Assembly: GCA_946185285.1 (NCBI GenBank) | Contig: CAMHIS010000001.1 | Coordinates: 43,968-107,967 of the forward strand | From: an uncultured Prevotellaceae bacterium | GTDB lineage: Bacteria; Bacteroidota; Bacteroidia; Bacteroidales; Bacteroidaceae | Direction: 5' to 3' | DNA: 64,000 nt | Shown here: positions 1-10,900 of the stretch, piece after piece | How positions within the stretch are numbered: position 1 is the stretch's first letter | Layout: each line of letters begins with the position of its first letter | Notes under the pieces: model-generated | What the model saw: only the letters and a program-made list of their open reading frames with translations | Told to the model about the DNA's origin: nothing | The model's database searches: none | Made by a program: the position numbers and the translations under genes

Positions 1-2
1 AG

Positions 3-1010
3 TTCTCGCAGCTGTCGGTGTTCAGCGAATTGAACAACCTGCAGCAGCTGACCTTCGACCAGAACTATGAAGCCGTCTGCGGCATCAGCGAGGAGGAACT
101 GCTGACACAGTGGAAGCCCGATATCGAGCTGCTGACGGAAAAGATGAACAAGACCTACAGCCGCTGGGGACTGCACTATAGCTACGACGACGTGGTAGCC
201 AAGCTGAAGGAGACCTACGACGGATATCATTTCAGCAACAACTTCACCGACATCTATTGCCCCTGGAGCCTGGTCAATGCCTTCACCATGGGCGACATAC
301 GGAACTACTGGTTCTCCACGGGCACGCCGACGATGCTGGTCAACGTCATGCGGCAGCACAACATCAGTCTGCAGCAGATAGAGCATTTCCATGCCAGGCT
401 CGACCGCTTCGACGCCCCGACAGAGCGCATCAGCGACCCTATCCCCGTGCTGTTCCAGAGCGGCTACTTGACGCTGAAGAGCTACAACCCGATAGAGAGG
501 AAGTTTGAACTGGGATTCCCCAACGGCGAGGTGCGCGAGGGCTTTGCTACTTCGCTCTACAATTATTATATGGTAGACTATGTGGGTAGCCAGGACACGC
601 TGGTCAACGCCTTCAACGACCTGCGTTTCAAGCGCGCCGGCATTGCCGAGTTCGTCGAGGCCGTCCGCCGCTGGTATGCCGGCATCCCCTACAGTATTAC
701 CGACAAGAACCAGAACGAGCAGCTCTACCAGTCGCTCATCTATGCCGCCCTGCTGGGCTACGGTGCTGACGTCAGTGCCGAGGAACAGACGTCTGACGGA
801 AGGATGGACATTGCACTGAAGGTGCCCGATGCCATTTACATTATAGAATTGAAATACGACAAGACAGCCGATGAAGCCGTCGGTCAGGTCGTTACGAAAG
901 ACTATGCTGTGCGCTTTGCCGCCGACACGCGCCCCGTCTGGGCCGTCGGGCTGAACATCAGCAAGGACCGCCGTACTATTGAGGACTACAGAATAGTGCA
1001 AGTGAAGTAA
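3..1010 (+). CDS. AAA-ATPase-like protein with C-terminal PD-(D/E)XK nuclease domain (5'-truncated by the window edge)
   Basis: Frame is open from position 3. Contains FSQLSVFSELNNL, YDGYHF, YWFSTGTPT, LFQSGYLT, FPNGEVR and C-terminal GRMDIALK..IIELK, typical of the multicopy Bacteroidales AAA/PD-(D/E)XK family. Confidence 0.85.
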   Translation, partial: FSQLSVFSELNNLQQLTFDQNYEAVCGISEEELLTQWKPDIELLTEKMNKTYSRWGLHYSYDDVVAKLKETYDGYHFSNNFTDIYCPWSLVNAFTMGDIRNYWFSTGTPTMLVNVMRQHNISLQQIEHFHARLDRFDAPTERISDPIPVLFQSGYLTLKSYNPIERKFELGFPNGEVREGFATSLYNYYMVDYVGSQDTLVNAFNDLRFKRAGIAEFVEAVRRWYAGIPYSITDKNQNEQLYQSLIYAALLGYGADVSAEEQTSDGRMDIALKVPDAIYIIELKYDKTADEAVGQVVTKDYAVRFAADTRPVWAVGLNISKDRRTIEDYRIVQVK

Positions 1011-1014
1011 TGAT

Positions 1015-2355
1015 ATGATGAACTGGAAGCAACTGATAAGTAATAAACGGTTAGGGCAGGAGCACCGCCACCCGGAACGGCACGACGACCGAACAGAGTT
1101 CAAGCGCGACTACGACCGTCTGATTTTCTCGGCACCCTTCCGGCGGCTGCAGAACAAGACGCAGGTGTTCCCGCTGCCGGGCAGCGTCTTCGTCCACAAC
1201 CGGCTGACGCATTCGCTCGAAGTGGCGTCGGTGGGCATGTCGTTAGGCAACGACGTGGCGCGACAACTTGGCGGGCGACATCCCGAACTGAAGGACACTT
1301 TGTTCGATGAAATCGGCCAAATTGTAGCGACGGCCTGTCTGGCTCATGATATGGGTAACCCGCCGTTCGGGCACTCTGGCGAGAAGGCCATCCAGACCTT
1401 CTTCACCGAAGGTCCCGGCTGCGACCTGCAGCGGCTTGTCGGCCATGAGTTCTGGGACGACATCACCCACTTCGAGGGCAATGCCAACGCCTTCCGTCTG
1501 CTCACCCACCAGTTTGAGGGGCGCCGCCTGGGCGGCTTCGTCATGACCTATTCCACGTTGGGCAGTATCGTCAAGTATCCTTTCGCCTCGTCGGCTGCCT
1601 CAAAGAAGGGGAAGTTTGGCTTCTTCTGCTCAGAGAAGGAAATCTATCAGAAAATTGCCGATGAAATGGGCGTTTTCTGCATTTCGCAGCCTGGTGAGCC
1701 GCTTCGCTATGTCCGCCACCCTTTGGTATATTTGGTCGAGGCTGCCGATGACATCTGCTACGAGATAATGGACTTGGAAGATGCTCATAAGCTGAAGCTC
1801 CTGAGCTATGACGAGATAGCTGCTCTCCTGCTGAATTTCTTCGATGAAACCGCGAAAAATCACATCTTGCAGCGCATCGAAGACGAAGGACTGACCGACG
1901 ACAACGAGAAGGTCGTCTATCTGCGGGCCTGTGTCATCGGTAAGCTGGAGAATGAGTGTGTCAAGGTGTTCGTCGACCATGAAGATGAAATCCTCGGCGG
2001 ACAGTTCACGGGCAGCCTTATCGACCATATCTCAAACCTGCAGTCTGAAGCTTATAAGCAGTGTGCCTCGCTTTCAAAGCATCGTATCTACCGCAGCAAG
2101 GTAGTTCTCGACGTCGAGCTGTCGGGTTATAAGATCATGGAGACGCTGATGCTCCAGATGGTAGAGGCTATCATGCACCCCGACCGCTACTACTCTCAGC
2201 AGCTTATCGGGCGGGTCAGCAGCCAGTATGCCATCAACAGTCCTGACCTTGAGACGCGCCTGATGGCCGTCATCGACTACATCTCAGGCATGACTGATGT
2301 CTATGCACTTGATGTCTATCAGAAGATTAACGGAATATCATTACCTATTGTATAA
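1015..2355 (+). CDS. dgt: deoxyguanosinetriphosphate triphosphohydrolase (dGTPase)
   Basis: FRRLQNKTQVF, HNRLTHSLEV, HD motif (LAHDMGNPPFGHSGE), EAADDICY, DYISGMTD. Confidence 0.95.
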   Translation: MMNWKQLISNKRLGQEHRHPERHDDRTEFKRDYDRLIFSAPFRRLQNKTQVFPLPGSVFVHNRLTHSLEVASVGMSLGNDVARQLGGRHPELKDTLFDEIGQIVATACLAHDMGNPPFGHSGEKAIQTFFTEGPGCDLQRLVGHEFWDDITHFEGNANAFRLLTHQFEGRRLGGFVMTYSTLGSIVKYPFASSAASKKGKFGFFCSEKEIYQKIADEMGVFCISQPGEPLRYVRHPLVYLVEAADDICYEIMDLEDAHKLKLLSYDEIAALLLNFFDETAKNHILQRIEDEGLTDDNEKVVYLRACVIGKLENECVKVFVDHEDEILGGQFTGSLIDHISNLQSEAYKQCASLSKHRIYRSKVVLDVELSGYKIMETLMLQMVEAIMHPDRYYSQQLIGRVSSQYAINSPDLETRLMAVIDYISGMTDVYALDVYQKINGISLPIV

Positions 2356-3621
2356 ATGAAGAAATTGTTAACGATTGCTTTCGGAGTATTTGCGATGCTT
2401 AACTCCCTTTCCGTCACCGCCCAGGACTACTTCGTCGGTGGCGACATCTCCGTGCTGCAGAGCTATGAGGACCTGGGCGTGGACTACTACGACCAGCAGG
2501 GCGCGAAGATTGACGACGTGCTGAAGTATATGAAGAGCGAACAGGTGGGATGGAACGCCATGCGCGTCAGACTGTTTGTCAATCCGCAACGGAAGAACCC
2601 TGACGGTTCGACTGATGCGCAGGTGTGTCAGGACCTTGACTACGTGGTGCGCCTCTGCCAGCGTATCAAAGAGGAAGGCTTTGCGCTGATGCTCGACTTC
2701 CATTACAGCGACACGTGGGCTGACCCTTCGAACCAGTGGACACCGGCGGACTGGCTGGGGCTGAGTGACGAACAGCTCCAGACGAAACTCTATGACTACA
2801 CCAAGGACTGCCTTCAGCAGTTGGTGGAGGCCGATGCCGCGCCTGACTTTATCCAGACAGGCAACGAAATCAGCTATGGTATGCTCTGGGGAAAATACAA
2901 CCAGAAGACGTACTACTGTAACTGGAGCGACAATAAGAATTGGCCCCGTTTCATCGGACTTTTGCAACATGCCGTTAAAGCTTGCCGGGAGGTTTGCCCC
3001 GAGGCCAAGGTCATACTTCATACCGAGCGCGCCGGCCAGGTGAACGCTCTGCTTGCCATCTGTGAGAAACTGAGCGCTGTCGACTACGACATCATCGGGC
3101 TTTCCTACTACCCTTTCTGGCACGGTGCGCTTGCAACATTGGGAAGAACGCTGAGCCAGTTGGAGAGTCAGTATCCTGATAAGGAGGTACAGATAGTCGA
3201 GACTGCCTACTACTATCAGTGGCAGCCCACGTCGGGCATTACAGACTTCTCCAAGACTTGGGCGGTGTCGCCCGAGGGGCAGGCAGCCTTTGCCCGTTCG
3301 CTGATTGCCGAACTGAAGCAGCATGACAATGTCAACGGACTCTACTGGTGGTTCCCCGAGGAGAACGGCAACGGCCCCGCCAGCAAGGTGCTGACAAACT
3401 GGGTGAACCGCGGACTGTGGGACAACAGCACGCACCGCGCATTGCCCGGACTCTATGTACTGAAGGAATTTCTGAACCGCCCCGGTACGGGCATTAGCAT
3501 GATGCGCGATGACAGGCACGACGACCGGCACTGGTACAATCTGCAGGGCATGCAGCTTGACAGTCGTCCGCAGCGTCATGGCCTTTTTATCAACAACGGG
3601 AAGAAGTACGTCGTCAGATAA
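2356..3621 (+). CDS. GH53 endo-beta-1,4-galactanase with signal peptide and T9SS C-terminal signal
   Basis: GGDIS, RVRLFVNP, LDFHYSDTWADP, QTGNEI, GLSYYP, VETAY; tail WYNLQGMQL...GLFINNGKKYVVR. Confidence 0.93.
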   Translation: MKKLLTIAFGVFAMLNSLSVTAQDYFVGGDISVLQSYEDLGVDYYDQQGAKIDDVLKYMKSEQVGWNAMRVRLFVNPQRKNPDGSTDAQVCQDLDYVVRLCQRIKEEGFALMLDFHYSDTWADPSNQWTPADWLGLSDEQLQTKLYDYTKDCLQQLVEADAAPDFIQTGNEISYGMLWGKYNQKTYYCNWSDNKNWPRFIGLLQHAVKACREVCPEAKVILHTERAGQVNALLAICEKLSAVDYDIIGLSYYPFWHGALATLGRTLSQLESQYPDKEVQIVETAYYYQWQPTSGITDFSKTWAVSPEGQAAFARSLIAELKQHDNVNGLYWWFPEENGNGPASKVLTNWVNRGLWDNSTHRALPGLYVLKEFLNRPGTGISMMRDDRHDDRHWYNLQGMQLDSRPQRHGLFINNGKKYVVR

Positions 3622-3626
3622 GCTGG

Positions 3627-4943
3627 TCAATAGCTGAACCGCTTTTTCCCATCCACAATGTAGACAGAATGACGGGGGACGCCGGACAACCGGTGGCCGG
3701 AAAGGTCGTAGACTTGTGATGGATAGCGGTGAGTGGTAATAGGTGAAAGGTGAGTAGTGTAGGGCCAGCTGACGGAGGCGCAACCCTCGATGATGCCGTC
3801 GAGAGCTTTCTGGTTGAAGACGGTAAGCGTTTTGCGATTGAGGATGTCCATCGACGGGCGCTGGCAGTAGTTGGTATCCCACACGAAGGGCACGATGCCA
3901 TTATGGACGGCATAGCGGCAGACGGTCTTGTACCAGACATAGACTGAAGCGTCGTGCTTCGCCTGATTCTCGCCCTGTGGCATCGTGCGCCAGAGCGTGC
4001 CGAACTCGCCCATAATGACGGGAATGCCGCGCGACGTGTACTTCATCTTCATCTGCCTCATCTGTTCCTGCACGTAGGACTCCTCGCCCCAGGCGGCATT
4101 GTGTCTGGAGCCTCCGACGTGGTTGCCCGAACCCCAGTAGTAGGCTTGGTTGCCCCACGACTCGTCCTTCGACATCATGGTGAAGTTGTAGGGTGAATAG
4201 AAATGCACCTCGAGCATCAGGGCGCCGGGGGTGGCATCGGTGGGCATCACGTCGTACTGGTAGGCCAGGTCGATGCTGGTCGATGGCGACTGCACGACAA
4301 GCACGCGGCGGCTGTTGTTGCCGCCCGTCTGACGGACGGCATTGACGAACGTCTGCTCGTACTTGATGAGTGTGGCGATGTCGGCGGCCTTGTCCTTGCT
4401 CTGGTCGCCAGCGGCGTCGGGCTCGTTCATACCGGCAAAGAGCAGGTGGTGGTCGTAGTCGCGGAAGCGGGTGGCAATCTGTTTCCACATCATGCTGAGA
4501 ATGGAGCAGTTCTTGCTGACCGTCGACGGCGTCTGGCCGGCAAACGACTTCTCAATCCAGCCGTTGTCGTAGTGGTCGTTCAGAATGACATAGAGGCCGT
4601 CGTTGATGCAGTAGTCAACGACCTGCTGCACACGGTCCATCCACGCCGGGCTGATGTTGTAGTTCTGGTCCATGTGGACATACCATGAGCAGGGGATGCG
4701 CACGGAGCGGAAGCCCTGAGCCTTGACGAAGTCGATAATCTGCTGCGTGGTCTTCGAACCTTGCCAGACCGTCTCGTAGTCAAGTTCGTTGGAGAGCCAG
4801 TTGCATGGGCCAGGCTCCAGCGTGTTGCCGAGGTTCCAGCCGGGCACCATTTCGGGGGCGATGTCCATAGCTGTCTGCGCCACAGCGTGGTTAAATGATA
4901 AATGCCAGATGACAAACGACAAAAGGGTCAGTACTTTCTTCAT
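3627..4943 (-). CDS. GH5 endoglucanase/xyloglucanase-like (GH5_4-like) with T9SS C-terminal signal
   Basis: GWNLGNTLE, GFRSVRIP, NEP acid/base, HFYSP, GEFG nucleophile; tail YDLSGHRL...YIVDGKK. Confidence 0.9.
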   Translation of the reverse strand: MKKVLTLLSFVIWHLSFNHAVAQTAMDIAPEMVPGWNLGNTLEPGPCNWLSNELDYETVWQGSKTTQQIIDFVKAQGFRSVRIPCSWYVHMDQNYNISPAWMDRVQQVVDYCINDGLYVILNDHYDNGWIEKSFAGQTPSTVSKNCSILSMMWKQIATRFRDYDHHLLFAGMNEPDAAGDQSKDKAADIATLIKYEQTFVNAVRQTGGNNSRRVLVVQSPSTSIDLAYQYDVMPTDATPGALMLEVHFYSPYNFTMMSKDESWGNQAYYWGSGNHVGGSRHNAAWGEESYVQEQMRQMKMKYTSRGIPVIMGEFGTLWRTMPQGENQAKHDASVYVWYKTVCRYAVHNGIVPFVWDTNYCQRPSMDILNRKTLTVFNQKALDGIIEGCASVSWPYTTHLSPITTHRYPSQVYDLSGHRLSGVPRHSVYIVDGKKRFSY

Positions 4944-4963
4944 ACGTTACATTGTTTTGGGTG

Positions 4964-4971
4964 CAAAGATA
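4964..4971 (-). promoter_or_regulatory. Bacteroidota sigma-A -7 box for the GH5 gene
   Basis: TATCTTTG on the minus strand, about 20 nt upstream of the ATG; matches TAnnTTTG. Confidence 0.7.
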
Positions 4972-5036
4972 GTGCTTTTTTTCGGGACTGAGGCGAAAAA
5001 ATGTTTCTGAAAGAGGCAAATATGGAGAATAATTTG

Positions 5037-5044
5037 TATTTTTG
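5037..5044 (+). promoter_or_regulatory. -7 box for the regulator gene (divergent from GH5)
   Basis: TATTTTTG; implies the true start is ATG 5064. Confidence 0.65.
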
Positions 5045-5063
5045 CAGTCCACATCTATATATC

Positions 5064-7823
5064 ATGCGCCGATTAGTGTTGTTTATATCCGTCCTGACAG
5101 CTGTCGTGGCCTCGCTTGCCGAGAGCCTCTACAGTTTCCGTTCGCTGACCACTGCCGACGGTCTGTCGAGCAGTACGGTGAAGTGCATGTTGGTTGACAG
5201 CAAGGGCTTTCTGTGGATAGGCACTGACATGGGACTTGACCGCTACGACGGTTATGAGGTTGAGCCGATGTTGAAGGAGCGAGAGGCCATCGATGAGTTG
5301 CAAGAGGACACTCAGGGGAATATATGGATAGATTGCCAGCACGCATACCTTATCTATAATACAAAAAGGCGTCAGTTGATTGCCGACGCGCCTGCATTGC
5401 TCAAGGATTTGGGAATCGACGTTAAAGACCAAGCCTACAGGGCGAAGGTTGCCGACGACGGTTCGCTGTGGGTTCTGCAACAAGGCAGGCTGTGGCACTA
5501 CGACTGGAACAGCGGCGCACGGTCGTGGCAGAACGCCCTGTTCCATGTGGAAGACCTGAATTTCTACGCCTGTAGTGCCACTCATGAGACAATGCTGTTA
5601 GCGGGCAAGCAGGGCGTATGGCAATTTAGCGTGGCTGATGGGCAGATGAGGCAGCTTACGCTACCTGCCGAGATGCAGCGCAGCGACAACATCTACGGAA
5701 CGTTTATCGACGCCGACCGCTCGTTGTGGGTGTTCTCCATCATCGATGAAAAGATTTGTCATTACAGCGTAGACGGAAAGACGGTGAAGCAGATGATAGC
5801 TCTTCCCACGATAGGAACCGCCGACTCCAAGAACAATGCCATTCGCGACATGATGGATGACGGGCGGGGCAACCTATGGATTGCCACAGACCACAAAGGC
5901 ATCATCGTCTATAACAAGGCGACGGCTGAGATGACCAGCTTTGCCCATCTGCTCAGTTCCAAAAACGTCATCTCCTTGGCGATGGACCGTCAAGGCACTG
6001 TCTGGGCAGGCCACTACAAGACGGGCATCTCCTATACCAGTGCCACACCGAGAATGTTCCAGAGCCGAGGCCGCCAGTATGGCGACGTCAGCACGATGCT
6101 GTGTGACTCGAAGGGTAATCTCTGGATAGGCACTGACGGCGGCGGCCTGTATGTGGAGCACAAGGACGGCGCATCGGAGAAGACCGCCCTGCCAAACATC
6201 ACCGTATCTGCCATCGCAGAAGACAATGAGGGTACAATCTGGGTGGGTACCTATAGTGAAGGGCTGTTCCGTATGTCGGCAAACGGTGGCTATGAACAGT
6301 ACAGCATGTCCAACGGCAAACTGCCCACAAACAGCGTGTGGTGCGTGACTACCGACAGCCTCGGCGGCATCTGGTGCGGCTCAGCCATCAGTCCGCTTGT
6401 CAGGTTAGACAGGAACACGGGCAGCTGTGAGGAGATGAAGGACAAGGCGGGCAACGACATCTTGGTCACCGACTTCTGCCGTGACAAGTTCGGCCGCCTG
6501 CTGATACCTTCGACATACGGGCTGTTCATCTACGACGGACAGAAGGCGCAGCGATACACCACGAACCTCAGTGGTACGCAGGAGATGGAACCGAAAATGG
6601 CCACAGCCGCGTACTACGATAAGGGTCGTGACATTCTGCTGTTAGGGCACAGAGAAGGACTTGCCCTCTTCGATATGCAACGCGACACCATCTATTATGT
6701 CAACGGACGAGCTGTCAGCATCAAGAGCATCGTGGAGGACCGTCAAGGACACTTCTGGATGAGCACTGCTAACGGTATATCGCGGTTCGAGATAAACAGG
6801 CGGCAGGACGGAACCTTGGAGTGGAACATCAGGAACTATACGGTACGTGAGGGCTTGCAGACTCCTTTCTTCAACGCAAACTCGTCGGCACTTTCTGTCG
6901 ATGGAACCGTACTTTTTGGTGGTATCGAAGGGTACACAGCCATCAGCCCGGAAGAGGCGGTCGTCACACAGCCAACCGTTGGTGCTCCGACTATCGTCAG
7001 CGTCAAGGCTGGTGACCGCTTCATTGATGCCACTACCGAGCGCATCACACTGAACCATGACGAGAACCACGTCGTCATCCGCTATTTTGCAGGTATCCTG
7101 AACAATGCCAACCGCCTGCGCTATGCCTACAAGATAGAAGGGATGATGAACGACTGGGCCTACACCGAGGAGAACCATATTACGCTGGTAGGTCTGAGCC
7201 CCGGCGACTACCGCCTGCTGCTCAAGGTAAGCGAAGATAACGACAGCCAGGTGTGCACACTGGCCATTCACGTCAACAGGCCCTTCTATCTGACGGGCTG
7301 GGCCTTCCTTGTCTATGTTCTCTTGATAGTTCTCGCCGCCATCCTGCTGTGGTTGCGGGCACGCCGCCGCAAACAATTGAAACTGCGACAGGAGAAATTC
7401 GTAGAGTGGGCAGGAAAGAGCCACCAGGATTTTAAAAAGAAACTCGACGTCAATCCCAGCGAGGTTACCATCACACCGCTTGACGAGCAATTCCTGCAGA
7501 AGGCCATCAAGCTGGTCGAGGACCAAATGGGGAATACGGACCTCACTGTCGAAATGTTAGGTCAGCAGTTAGGTATGTCGCGCTCGCTCCTCTATAAGAA
7601 ACTCATTGCCATTACGGGATTAGGCCCTGCCGAATTCATCCGGACAATACGCATCAAACGAGGCAGGGCTTTGTTAGAACGCTCGCAGATGCAGATTACG
7701 GAGATAGCCTACGCAGTGGGTTTCAACTCACTGAAGAGTTTCACGATGAACTTCAAGGCCGAATACGGCATAACCCCCAGCGACTATCTAAAAAACATCA
7801 AAAAACAACAGGGGAAAACATAA
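5064..7823 (+). CDS. membrane-anchored AraC regulator with periplasmic beta-propeller/Y_Y_Y sensor (HTCS-like, lacking kinase and receiver)
   Basis: Signal peptide; repeated DxxGxLWIGT propeller motifs; Y_Y_Y segment (YAYKIEG..W, LSPGDYRL); one TM helix; then directly an AraC HTH (LGMSRSLLYKKL, ITEIAYAVGF, FKAEYGITPSDY). Confidence 0.85.
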   Translation: MRRLVLFISVLTAVVASLAESLYSFRSLTTADGLSSSTVKCMLVDSKGFLWIGTDMGLDRYDGYEVEPMLKEREAIDELQEDTQGNIWIDCQHAYLIYNTKRRQLIADAPALLKDLGIDVKDQAYRAKVADDGSLWVLQQGRLWHYDWNSGARSWQNALFHVEDLNFYACSATHETMLLAGKQGVWQFSVADGQMRQLTLPAEMQRSDNIYGTFIDADRSLWVFSIIDEKICHYSVDGKTVKQMIALPTIGTADSKNNAIRDMMDDGRGNLWIATDHKGIIVYNKATAEMTSFAHLLSSKNVISLAMDRQGTVWAGHYKTGISYTSATPRMFQSRGRQYGDVSTMLCDSKGNLWIGTDGGGLYVEHKDGASEKTALPNITVSAIAEDNEGTIWVGTYSEGLFRMSANGGYEQYSMSNGKLPTNSVWCVTTDSLGGIWCGSAISPLVRLDRNTGSCEEMKDKAGNDILVTDFCRDKFGRLLIPSTYGLFIYDGQKAQRYTTNLSGTQEMEPKMATAAYYDKGRDILLLGHREGLALFDMQRDTIYYVNGRAVSIKSIVEDRQGHFWMSTANGISRFEINRRQDGTLEWNIRNYTVREGLQTPFFNANSSALSVDGTVLFGGIEGYTAISPEEAVVTQPTVGAPTIVSVKAGDRFIDATTERITLNHDENHVVIRYFAGILNNANRLRYAYKIEGMMNDWAYTEENHITLVGLSPGDYRLLLKVSEDNDSQVCTLAIHVNRPFYLTGWAFLVYVLLIVLAAILLWLRARRRKQLKLRQEKFVEWAGKSHQDFKKKLDVNPSEVTITPLDEQFLQKAIKLVEDQMGNTDLTVEMLGQQLGMSRSLLYKKLIAITGLGPAEFIRTIRIKRGRALLERSQMQITEIAYAVGFNSLKSFTMNFKAEYGITPSDYLKNIKKQQGKT

Positions 7824-7871
7824 CTTCCCATAATGGAAACATCGTTGCCTATGGTTTTTCTTTAAACGTAG

Positions 7872-7879
7872 TATCTTTG
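7872..7879 (+). promoter_or_regulatory. -7 box for the 7913 gene
   Basis: TATCTTTG, 34 nt upstream of the ATG. Confidence 0.7.
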
Positions 7880-7912
7880 CAGCCAGATTGTAAAACCTAA
7901 AAACTAGCAAAC

Positions 7913-10900
7913 ATGAAAAGAACGAGAAAAGTACTGTGCTTGATTACAGTTTTGTTGGCAACGAGCCTCTGCGCTATGGCTGCCGAGTGGGAAAAACCTG
8001 TTCCTGGCGATGTCTCGCCCGTAAGCGGTGAAAAGTATTACATTTACAATTATTCCATCGAGAAGTTCGTTGGCGTCTATGGCATGCAGACGGTTCCCTC
8101 TGAAACGGGAACGCCCTTCCTAATGGAGAAAAATGACAACGGCGACTGGACGTTCTATGGTCCTGACGGCTTCCTGTATGCCGACCTTGATTACGTGGGA
8201 TGCAACGGCGGAGAAGGCGATGCTGGCACCATGTGGTTCATTGAGAAACAAACCTCAGGCTCCTACTACTTGCGTCCCTCAAAGAGCGATGCCACCTATT
8301 CGTGGACGGCCTACCCCGATATGTGGACAGGCGTCTCATACACCTCGCAGACCATTGTTCCGATTATCAAAGCAGGCGAAGGCGCCCTCGACTGGTATTT
8401 CCTGCCCGAGGCAAAATATGCCGATTTCATCGGCAAAATTGCACTCCATCAAGTAATGACCGAGCTGCAGGGCTATGGCTACGATGTGACATCGTTGGTA
8501 GCTGTCTACAACACTGCTACCGATAAGGCTGCATTCGATGCGGCTATTGCCAGCGTGCAGGCCGATCTCAATGAGTTGCGCTTCGAGAACGCCTCGGAGG
8601 AAAGACCTTGCGATGTCACTCAGCGCTATATGCGCAATGCCGACCTGACTGAAAACTGGGTAAGCGACGGTCACGACGTGCCGGGATGGACGATGGTTCC
8701 TGCATCGTTCTGTGGTATGGGCGAGTGGGACGGCAAAGGCTTCTATTCTGACAATAAGACAATCGGCTCCTGGTCAGGTAGTGCTTTTGGCGACAATAAG
8801 GTATATCAAGAACTTAAGGATTTGAAGAACGGTAAGTACAGGCTGGGCAACTACGGCCTGTGGATTCGTCATACCGGCGAAGAGGGCGACCCCATCAAGG
8901 GAGCCTATATCTATGCCAAAGTTGGCGATAAGATGTTCAAGTCGCTCCTTACCGATACGGGCTGGTGGCAAGGTCTTTCGGAGGTCGAGTTCGAATGTCG
9001 TACCGGCGAGGCCGAAGTGGGCATCATGTTTGAGGGCACCAACGTCGGCCAGTGTATCATTCTCGACTTCAAACTTGATTATTTTGGCGAGAAACCTGCT
9101 GCCGACCGTCTGAACCAACTCATAGCCAGCGCACAGGCGATGATGGAAGATGTAAATGTGACATACACCAACGTGCTTGCTGCTGACATCAAAAAGGCCA
9201 ACGAACTGATAGCTGCAGGCGATGTGGAAGCTCAAGAAGCGCTCTTCACCACGTTCCTGGCTGATTACGAAAGTGCGCTTGCCAACAAAGATGCTTACGT
9301 CAAACTCGCCGACGTTCTGGCTAAGGCAGAGATGACACTCGCTGACGGCGGTGAGTCGGAACTTATGGATCAGTTGGGCGACTATCTGTTAGAGAATGAA
9401 TTCGATGAGAAAATCAAGGATCGCGCGTTTGACAATGCCCAGATAGAGGACATTATCACGTTCCTCTCCGACCTTATTGACAAGGCAGCCAATTCAGTCC
9501 TTGCCGCTGGCACCGACGTCACTTATCTGCTAGTCAACGGACACTTCGATACCAACGGTGGCTGGAAGGCTACGCTCAACGATTTCGGCATCGACTCCGA
9601 AAAGAAGATTATGGAGAAGTGGTGGGGCGACTGGAAGGCCGAGCAGGTTCTCGATAACGTTGCCAATGGTACTTACCGGCTTGAAGTGCAGGGTTTCCAG
9701 TGGTGTTCCTGGGACTGGGCACAATCAGAAACTGACTGGAACAACGGTGATGGAAGTCCAACCTTCAACGTGAAGTCGAAAATACGCCTCAATAGTGACG
9801 AGGTAACTATCCAAAACGTGTTTGCCTGCGGTCCTACCGACATCAAGGAGGGTTACGAGGGTGCCAACTACTTTGTACCTAACGATGCCAACACGGCACT
9901 CAAGTTCTTTGCCTTGGGACTATATAATAATGTGGTTGAGACAACCGTCACCGACAATACCCTAAAGATAGAATTCGACTGCTCTCAGAATGGTTTTTGG
10001 AATTGCTTCACTAACCTCCGTCTCATCTATGTCGGTGCCAATATACAGGAGGCTATCGACAACCTGAACAATGCGCTAACGAAGGCCAATGACTATCTTG
10101 AACAGAAAATGGAAGGCGTGGTGCGCAAAGCCATCGAGGAAGCTATGGCTGCCGGCAAGGTCAAACTGGAAAGCCAGAAGGCCAAGTACGACGATATCAA
10201 CGGTGCTGCCAATGACCTTATCACACTGTTTGACCAGGCTGCAGTCAGCATCAAAGAATACAAACGGTTGGCTGTCACGTTGGCCCAAGCTCAGGAGACA
10301 CTAAATAGCGCAACAGTCTTACAGACAACTGCCGGACAACAACTCCAGACTCTTTACAACACAACGAAGGCCGACTATGACTCCGAATACCCCTTGCTCG
10401 ACAATGCTGGTGTGGCTGCAGCCATCGATCAGATAGAGAAACTCATCTCGGAGGCTAAGTTAGGTGGCGGCATAAAGGCGGGCGATGACTTGACAACCCT
10501 CATCACAAACGCCAGCTTCGAGAATACTTACGGCAACGACGAGGCAGTGGGCGGTGCCGCCCATACCGTGCCTTACGGCTGGTCGATGCTGGTTGAAGGT
10601 AAGGAGTGCCATACCGCTCAGGAGCTTACTGACGCCGGTATCAACAGCTGGACGGCCATTGAGGATAACCAATATACCACAGACGGCGCCCACTCCTATT
10701 GCCTGCTTTCGGCACCGGTGCCCGACGCATATCTCTACCAGACCATCAAGGGCCTGCCAGCCGGTACCTACAAAGTGACGGTCGATATGAACGTAACCTA
10801 CGACGGCGGATGCTCGCGACTGACAGGACAACGCCTGCTTGTCAACAACGTAGCCCAGTATTATGGCAAACCTGAATACTATATCGCATCGGAACTCGAC

